Positions 56,140 to 64,000 of a stretch of DNA of 64,000 nt are shown one piece after another. Made by a program: the position numbers and the translations under genes. Positions within the stretch are counted from its first letter, which is position 1. Each line of letters opens with the position of its first letter. Source of the stretch: Eledone cirrhosa (taxonomy: Eukaryota); assembly GCA_964016885.1 (NCBI GenBank), contig OZ024745.1:36332001-36396000 (forward strand), written 5' to 3'. Below the pieces are notes generated by a model that worked only from the letters and a program-made list of their open reading frames with translations, searched no databases and had not been told where the DNA came from.

Positions 56140-56765
56140 CCTGGAGGTTTTCATAGAAGTGGCCGATGGCTTCTGCTAACTGGGTGATCTAATTAGGAAT
56201 GAAGGAGGATGCTTTGGGAGCATAGTAGCTAGGATAAGGAAGGCATGGAAAAGGTTTAGGGATCTACAAACCCTGTTGGCAACCAAAGGTTTCTCTTTAC
56301 GAACGAAATGTCGATTTTATGATGCCTGTGTGCCACATATGTTATATAGTAGTGAGGCATAGGATGAATGAAGAGGATATATGAAAGCTGAAGAAATATG
56401 AAGCGAGCATGCTCCGATAAATGTGCAATCAGATAAATGCATAAACATCAAGAAGAGAAAAAGCAATGTATAATAGGATTCGTATGCAATATGCAAGGTT
56501 GAACATTGTCATGATATGGACATGTAATGCACATGCCTGAAAATTGCTGAGTGAAACGTGCCAAGAAATCCCAGTGGAAGGAAATCACAGTAGAAAACGT
56601 CAAAGAAGACATTTATGAAGGGGATGAAGGGTGAAGGGTGAAGCTCACAAAGAATATGACAAAGGACCACGACGAGCCGATAAATACTGTGCGGAACAAG
56701 ACGTGTCCGACACGTGCAAGCATGGAAAAGCGGACGTACAATAGTAATGGTGACAATGATGATAT
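56140..56765 (+). mobile_element. RTE-clade LINE 3' portion
   Basis: EVADGFC*LGDLI..GGC..ARIRKAWKRFRDL..FSLRTK..YDACV, *YGHVMHM; tail catggaaaagcggacgt..(GAT)n. Confidence 0.8.
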
Positions 56766-56829
56766 ATATACATTATACTACTGAAATTATTCACATGTAT
56801 TCTGATATTATATCTCTCTATCTCCCACT

Positions 56830-56832
<3 letters not shown>

Positions 56833-56906
<74 letters not shown>
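56833..56906. repeat. (CT)n microsatellite
   Basis: Direct reading. Confidence 0.95.
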
Positions 56907-56910
<4 letters not shown>

Positions 56911-56916
56911 TATCTG

Positions 56917-57194
56917 CATTTTCCGTTCTTTGCCAGGGAACTTTTCCACGAACCAAAGTATCGTCTTCCTGTCTTCCTTCGGTTGAAACGTTTTTTGAAA
57001 TATTTACTTCTGCGTTTACAGATTGACTTTTTTAGTTTCAGAAGATCCCGTTAAGGGTGAAAGCAGCGATTCTTTGCTTAAACTTTAATCTGTTATTTTA
57101 ATAAATATTTGATCTACGGTTCTTATATATCTGATATATATTTATCCTTATCGAGCCTTCTTTGGATTTTAGTCTTCAAATTTATTATTATTAC

Positions 57195-57196
<2 letters not shown>
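56917..57196 (+). mobile_element. Family E module with degenerate hammerhead-like motif (~57035-57073)
   Basis: CAGAAGA-tCCC-gttaa-GGGt-GAAA-GC; paralogous to 21836-22135 and to the scrap at 4575-4645. Confidence 0.65.
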
Positions 57197-57233
<37 letters not shown>

Positions 57234-57444
57234 ATGTGTTGATGTGTGCTGATGTTGTGCTGCATCATATTCTTAAGGTGTTAGGATATGCTGCAAGCAA
57301 ATATTACGAAATTATTTAACAGAAAATTTAATTTCCTTGAGTAGGGGGAAAATCTTTACATTCACACAAATATTAATACATATACATTATATATATATAT
57401 ATGTGTGTGTAAGTGTGTGTATGTGTGTGTGTGTGTGTGTGTGT

Positions 57445-57545
57445 AAAAGATGTCCTCTAAAAATGTATACACCCTTCAATTCAAATCTAATAAATATTGC
57501 CTGTACAGGTAATCTAAGTGTGTATACATTTTTGCGAAACCCTGT
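57445..57545. mobile_element. Possible ~100 bp Tc1/mariner-type MITE
   Basis: AAAAATGTATACAC / GTGTATACATTTTT inverted repeat; right end ...aaaccctg. Confidence 0.4.
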
Positions 57546-57894
57546 GTATATCAAGGTATACAGTATTATTGTGTTTTAAACATATATGTGGCCACAGACT
57601 ATGTCGTCACGGCAGAGACACATGTAATAATAGATCTAATGTTCCTGGACTGACGCATCACACCAATCGATTGACATGTTAGAAATAGCAGCTAACACTT
57701 TTTATATGCACTATACCATTTATAAAAAATAATAGCACGCAATATTGTCGTGAAAACACTACATCACGCAGGAACTCTGTAGGTGATCGAGTCAGTCTTT
57801 TGAAGAAACATAACTTGTACAACATTCAAAATCGGTATATACTTTTGAAGAATGTTCACGAGCTAAATAACAAAAGCAACAAATCTCCATAATA

Positions 57895-58055
57895 TTTATG
57901 GCTTCTAATTTCGTCACAAAGCCTGCAATATTTTTGTTATGTTTTTTTAAAAGGGTGTCGATTAAATTAACTCCAGTACTTGATTCATAGTTTAATCTAT
58001 CGACCACAGAAGGATGAAAAGCAAAGTTATCTTTAGGATATGAACTCAGAGCATA
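57895..58055 (-). mobile_element. Old degenerate SINE
   Basis: Minus strand: tctgagttcatatcc..aactttgcttttcatccttctgtggtcgataga. Confidence 0.6.
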
Positions 58056-59851
58056 AACACCCAAAACAAATACCTCATAGCAGGTTATCCGACAAATACC
58101 TCATAGCAGGTTATCCGACACCTTAACGAGTCCCGCTCTCCGTTCTGTTGTTAAAAAACATCAACACATCTATTACATAATACTCTGCAAGGATGTCTAT
58201 TACCGAACATATCCTTACGCGGTCAATTGACACGTTAGAAATAGAAGGTACATTTCTACGGAAACAGCTGGTTTGTCAATATATTCGTGTATACACTTTA
58301 TATCCAAGGGTTTAGGAAAACGTTTGTTACTGTCCTTTTTTTAACTTAAAGCCATAGATAATACAACGGCAATCTTAGGTCATCGAGTGGTCTGTTATTT
58401 ATGGTTTGGAAGGCATGAATATAAGATCGTACCTTCAAACTTCGGACCGGTCAGTTCCTGAGCAAATTGTTCCATTTCATGTTCTTTTCATGGTGGGACT
58501 TGGCACGCTATCATTAAACCATTTCAAGAAACCCTTATGAGATTCAACATCGTATTAACTGAACTAAATCTAAATACGGGTAAGCACTAAATTTCATTTC
58601 TTGTTTTACAATGAGTGATGTTCTGACGCTAAATACCAACAACATTAACATCAGTATTCATATTATTAATATTTATTATATGCTTGTGTGAGTTTTGAAA
58701 AAGTAACATGGTTATGAGAGAAACAGAAAATGTAAAGAGATTACGGTAAATAATAGAAGTACATTAATACGCTGTTCCGCTGTGCCTTTATTTTAGTCTC
58801 TTACAATTTAATCATCCATGGTATTTATCGTCATTCCGACTTAGTTGTTTCCTCTTTGATAACATTTATAGCGGAGCACATGTTTTCATTACATGTTCAA
58901 TGTTTCTTGTTTTATTCACTGTATTCATGGTTTTTCCACTGAATTGATAACCAGCTTGTTCGTATGTAATAATGTATTTTCCCCTTGATTAATATTAAAT
59001 CAGATGGACGTGCTGTGATATCACGGTCTGCTTAATCAGTCAAGTCGCAGCGAACTTTACACTTCGCATGTTCTCATTATTATTTATGGTTGCTGTTTAT
59101 ACAGTCTCTCCTCAAACAATGTTGCTATCATAAATACCCATGTCTACACATAAACGAGTATATTTTGGATATTATTTCTGGGTCACATTACAACGTTAGG
59201 TAATAGTTAATCACTTCGGCTAAGAATTAAATGACTTTCTGAATGTTATCTAGATTTTGTTTTATATAGTTTTTCTTCTATAAAATTATTGACTTTTGTT
59301 TACCTTCATAATAAATAATTCCCTTTCCTTCTCTACATTAACTCGTTCAGCGGTAGTTATATTATAATAGTGCCGATGGCATTGCTGTAATTTTTACATC
59401 TAATTCATTTCCGATCACTATTAAAGAAGATATTTATGCACACAAAATGTCGTTTTCTTACTGACGGCACTTTATACGCAAAAGCGGTGTTGTGAAACAA
59501 TTTTAACAGCAGTATATAAGTTTTTTGTAGAAGCATTTGGTCATATTGCTTTTTTTTTCGTGGTTTGGTGTCTTTTGCAATCTTAGATTTTCGACATATC
59601 TTGTAGACCGATCAGTTCGTGTGGCACTTGCCATTTGTTTCTTTTTCAGATAACTCTATGATAAATATTTATACAGTATAGCAGTGTAGTTATGACATCC
59701 GCCGCTTCATAGTAATATAATTCGTGGATTTTTTACAGTATTTTGCGAAGTTTACTTTATAAACGTTTGTATACACACATGCGCGCGCGCGCGCACAGGC
59801 ACACGCACGCACGCGCACACACACACACACACACGCACACGCACAGGCACA

Positions 59852-59904
<53 letters not shown>

Positions 59905-60174
59905 AACAAGCTGCTATGCAATGTAAATAATCTCTAAAACCACCTGGTTGCGGAGCGAATTTCTAATCCGCACAGCTATTGTTTCCTCACCAACAGAATC
60001 GAACAACTTTAACATGTCTCCAGCTTGTACTATTTATGTTCTGTTTGCAGAAACACGAAATATAGATTTAGTTTAGTAGTTTGTATTATAATTTAGATGG
60101 ATCTGTTAAAGAAAATAATAGCCGTATTAATGATGTAAAAATTAGTTTTATCGAGGGAAAATAAATTTTGAAAT

Positions 60175-60490
60175 TGCCATCAGCCTCACTCTCTCCATCG
60201 CCATCACCTTTCTCATTAACTTCATCAACACTGTCATTGGCGTCGTCGATGTTGTTGTCATCTTCATTACTATCATGATCCTTATCATCATTATCAATAT
60301 CATACGTATCGTCTACAACAATATCGTCATCATGCTCATCATCCTAATCATCATCATCACCACCATTATCCTCATCACTACCGTCAACGACAACACTAAC
60401 ACTACCACCACCACTGTTATCCTCATCTCCATCATTACCATTTTTTCTATCGTTATTCACATCATTATTATCATGATTATCATTATCAGT
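60175..60490. repeat. Degenerate (CAT)n/(CAC)n low-complexity tract
   Basis: Direct reading. Confidence 0.85.
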
Positions 60491-63400
60491 AGAGTATTTA
60501 ATGTAAACATCATTATAAAAAAGGCCTTCAGGAGAGTAAACTGAAATATTAAAGAGAGTGGAGAGGATGTTAGAAAAGATAAAGAGATTAGTAAGAGAAG
60601 ATGATGGTGATGGCGAGAGGAGCTATCAAGAAGAAGGGAGAAAATCCCATTAAAACAGCAGCGAATTTGTCGAATTGTTTCCAATGTCGACAATATCTGA
60701 ATGCCATAAAAATAAATGATAAAGATAAGCTACATCCGAGAGATATAAACAATATTTAAAATACACACGGAAAGCTCAAGCACTCTTTGCGTATTTTGCT
60801 TTTCTCGTATCAATGTGTTGCTATTATCCTTATCAACACAACATGCAATCAAATTGCAATTAGTTTGAGTAACGACATTTCAAATAAACCATCGACTCTT
60901 CAAACTCAACAGTAATGATCAGTGACGTTTTTATCAGTATTACGTGTTACACTGACTCTATAAATGTAGGTATGTGTATAACTGTACAACTTTCGTTTCG
61001 GAAAAACATGTCCCACCCATCACTGTTTTATTTTCCGTTGGGATAGCTTTAAATTGTTATTAAAACGAGTTTTCAATCTACTACATAAATACATCCCATT
61101 CACTAATCTGCTGCATCTTACATACTGTTCTGAGTCCCTTGCTCTCCATTCAGTGGCAACGTTAGATACTGACTTTCTATAAATAGCTTATAGTAATTTC
61201 TCTGAAATTTCTTCCATTAATATCACAACCAGTGTGTGGAAATTATCACTTACTCTCTCTAAATGTCTGGATATTCCGGAGACAACTTATTTTCTCTGGG
61301 GATGAATTGGAGTCCAGCATTACTCTAGATGACAAGCCACCTACTTCAAATTTCCCTTTATCTTGGTAGTACCTCAATGAAAGTGGCACGTTGCAAGAAA
61401 TAATTTCTGACGAAGGATCATTTCAGAAGATCACCTTCCAAGACCTCCTTTGAGACTGCACAACACAATACCGCTTTCATGATGTGTATTAGTAGACGAC
61501 CGGGTTTGAAAACTGAGGCATTTGTCTATTCTGCAAACCAGGAAAGACATTCTATTATGATACGATACATTTTAGGGATACGATAGAAGTGGTGAGCAGC
61601 AGCACCAAAGCACTCCATGCATTCATCGCTTCTCTCATCGTTTCAATAACACCTAACCTACTTGGAATAGTCTATTTTAAAGCCTCTTGATGACCCAGAT
61701 CGAATCATACACAAAGGGCTTTAACCAATTTACTAAAAATATAAACAAGCCTTCCTCTCTACCTATTATTCAATATTTTCCTATTTCATATTCCAGAGTT
61801 TGCTTTGATTACCTCTGATATTTGAAGAGACGTTCACCCTTGAGTATATGCGGATATTCTATATAATGTTTCCTCCTCTCTAAGATGGAGTCCGGTACAA
61901 TATAGCTAGTTAGTGTAGTATAATGTCGCAAGATGATTCGATCTAATCTCAGGTTTCATCCTCCTGTCATCGTCGAGCAGAAAACACATATTACGTAACA
62001 ATTCAAATTCTGGAAACTAGAAACTGGCAACAATTATATCATAAAACATCACAGTACTGCTAAAAATAATCAGATTTGTAGAAAGTCAATTTATATGAAA
62101 TCACACCCTAAAAGCTTTTTTAAAAAATTATGCATTTGATAATGTAATCCTTGATAGAACGTGTCGAAATAAAAGACGTTATAGTTAGCATCGTGTAATC
62201 GGATGTTTCTTTGAGCATGATTGACCTGGGGTTCAACTGTAACAAGAATTACAGTAAGCTTAATCCTTAGTTTAAATATTTTATATAGAAAGGATGACTC
62301 TGTTATAAAATTAATGTTATAATTGTGCTTAAATCAATCCTTTCTTCTAATATCATTCAACTTTCTTCTAAATCACACTGCCAAATCACTCCATTCTTCT
62401 AATATCATTCAACTGGCTACTACATCCGAAATTTACTAAACCAAACTATCACATCAAATTTGAAATATTTCATTGGAGTTATAATTAGCGAAGCGTAAAA
62501 TCATCTTCCAATATTATTTATATATATAAACTTATCGATCCGAGACAAATAAAAGTCAAGTTAACTCTGATAGCTTGGTGGTTTGAATCAGTGTGGATTA
62601 AAACAAATCCAGTGGAATAGCCAGAGCTGAGCGCCCGGCCTACAGTATTCATAAATTATTCTGATTAAAATGAATACATGCATGACAGCGATATCTTAGT
62701 AACCACCCTTTTTTAGGCATAAAGTATTTTAAATGAAAGCCCTGTATGAAACAGAACGCCCGCTTCAATACTAGAATAGAGCCTTGCTTTTACACATGAC
62801 ACAAAACAACTACCACTTATACACGTTTAATTGCGTGCTTAATTGCAGTTAATATCCTCTTTCGGTGTAGCAATGGCTAAATTAAATTAAGCAGCTAACA
62901 TTCTGCTTCCAAATTATGCGCCTATTTAAGAGTCGCTTTGGTGCTATTCACATTGGTCGATAACGTTGGATGATAGCAATAATACAAGCAACTATTTAAT
63001 AAAAAGCGTAAAGAATATGAGGTTAAGAGGGCAATTACAGAAATAACGAAGTACTGAAGCTTCCCGGTGTAACAATGCCTAGGAGTGTGCCGTGGGCGTT
63101 TTGTAACAACACTCTCCATATAGGTAGCTTCAAAAATAGATGATGGTTGATTCTTCGTTCATTTCGATAACAAACCACTTGCCCTAAGATACTCTACAGT
63201 GAGATATCTTGATTGTGAGGAAAACATCTCATTCATTCAGTCATGCCGGCGACTTTAAAATTTATTCTAGTCTGCAAGTGCTATTAAATGTGAAGTGGTA
63301 TAATGTAGAGTTTGACAAGGAAAGACCTAACTTAGGTTTAACTAAAGTGGGTAAAACCCGTTTTGAAAAAGCAAATAATTATAGAAAAACATTGTGTTAC

Positions 63401-64000
63401 TCACTTACTATATAAAAACAAAATGTTTAATATACATTCTCACCGTAGAATGAAATATAAGTGTGTTTGATTTCTCATTATCGGTCAATTAGCTGTAAAA
63501 AGCAATAACTTGTTTTGTTTTTGTTTGTTTTTCTTAGTAGGAAGAGAGTAACATAATGATTTTCATATTTGGTTACGGTTTTACAACGAATCTTATAAAC
63601 TCGTATTAAACATATATAAAAAAAGATAATTTTATTATCTAGTTCAAGAAAGTCTGAGTGGTTAAGTTGTTTGCTTCAAGATCACGTTGTTCTCTATTCA
63701 ATCCAAATGCATGTAACATTTGGATAGATGACTGCTGACATATATTTGGTTCTCTTCAAAGCTCATGGGAGAGACTGGATGAAAGTAAACTCTACAGAGG
63801 TCGATCCATTGCTCACTTTAACATAATTCGTCTGTCGGTCAACAAACTGTTACACGCTGGCGTTCCCTTGTGGTCAGCAAATTATTACGGAATGATATAA
63901 TTTTATTTAGATATTATCGCTCCTTAGATTGTATCCCTATCTAGGAATACAAATGGAACTTCGAATGATGTTGATAGTATATTTAAACTAGATTGGTGAT

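Noticed and set aside
43520-64000. Host protein-coding exons
   Set aside because: Short ORFs show no recognisable domains or codon pattern; small exons cannot be excluded without RNA-seq.

Overview
Eukaryotic, AT-rich, repeat-dominated DNA with no host exon I can support. The Meta-domain SINEs, RTE tails and long (TA)n arrays suggest an octopus or other coleoid cephalopod; this is inference. The first ~43.5 kb is a nest of retroelements sitting in (TA)n arrays. It holds three large Penelope-like elements (PLEs; RT + GIY-YIG, all disrupted), two Naiad-like PLE fragments, many short PLE 3'-end (pLTR) modules, about 10 tRNA-derived SINEs and one hAT/Charlie transposon. RTE LINE fragments occur at 35.8, 39.5 and 53-57 kb. 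Reading both strands by eye, I find about 15 type I hammerhead ribozyme (HHR) motifs, intact or degenerate, from roughly 10 distinct families. The most striking pattern is that many short modules are fold-back palindromes whose turn lies in hammerhead stem II, so the 5' half of the ribozyme is replaced by an inverted copy of its 3' half. Two ORF-less HHR modules are terminally redundant ~430-440 bp units resembling retrozymes. Most ORFs in the supplied track are microsatellite artefacts. All coordinates and pairings were read manually and may be off by a few bases.
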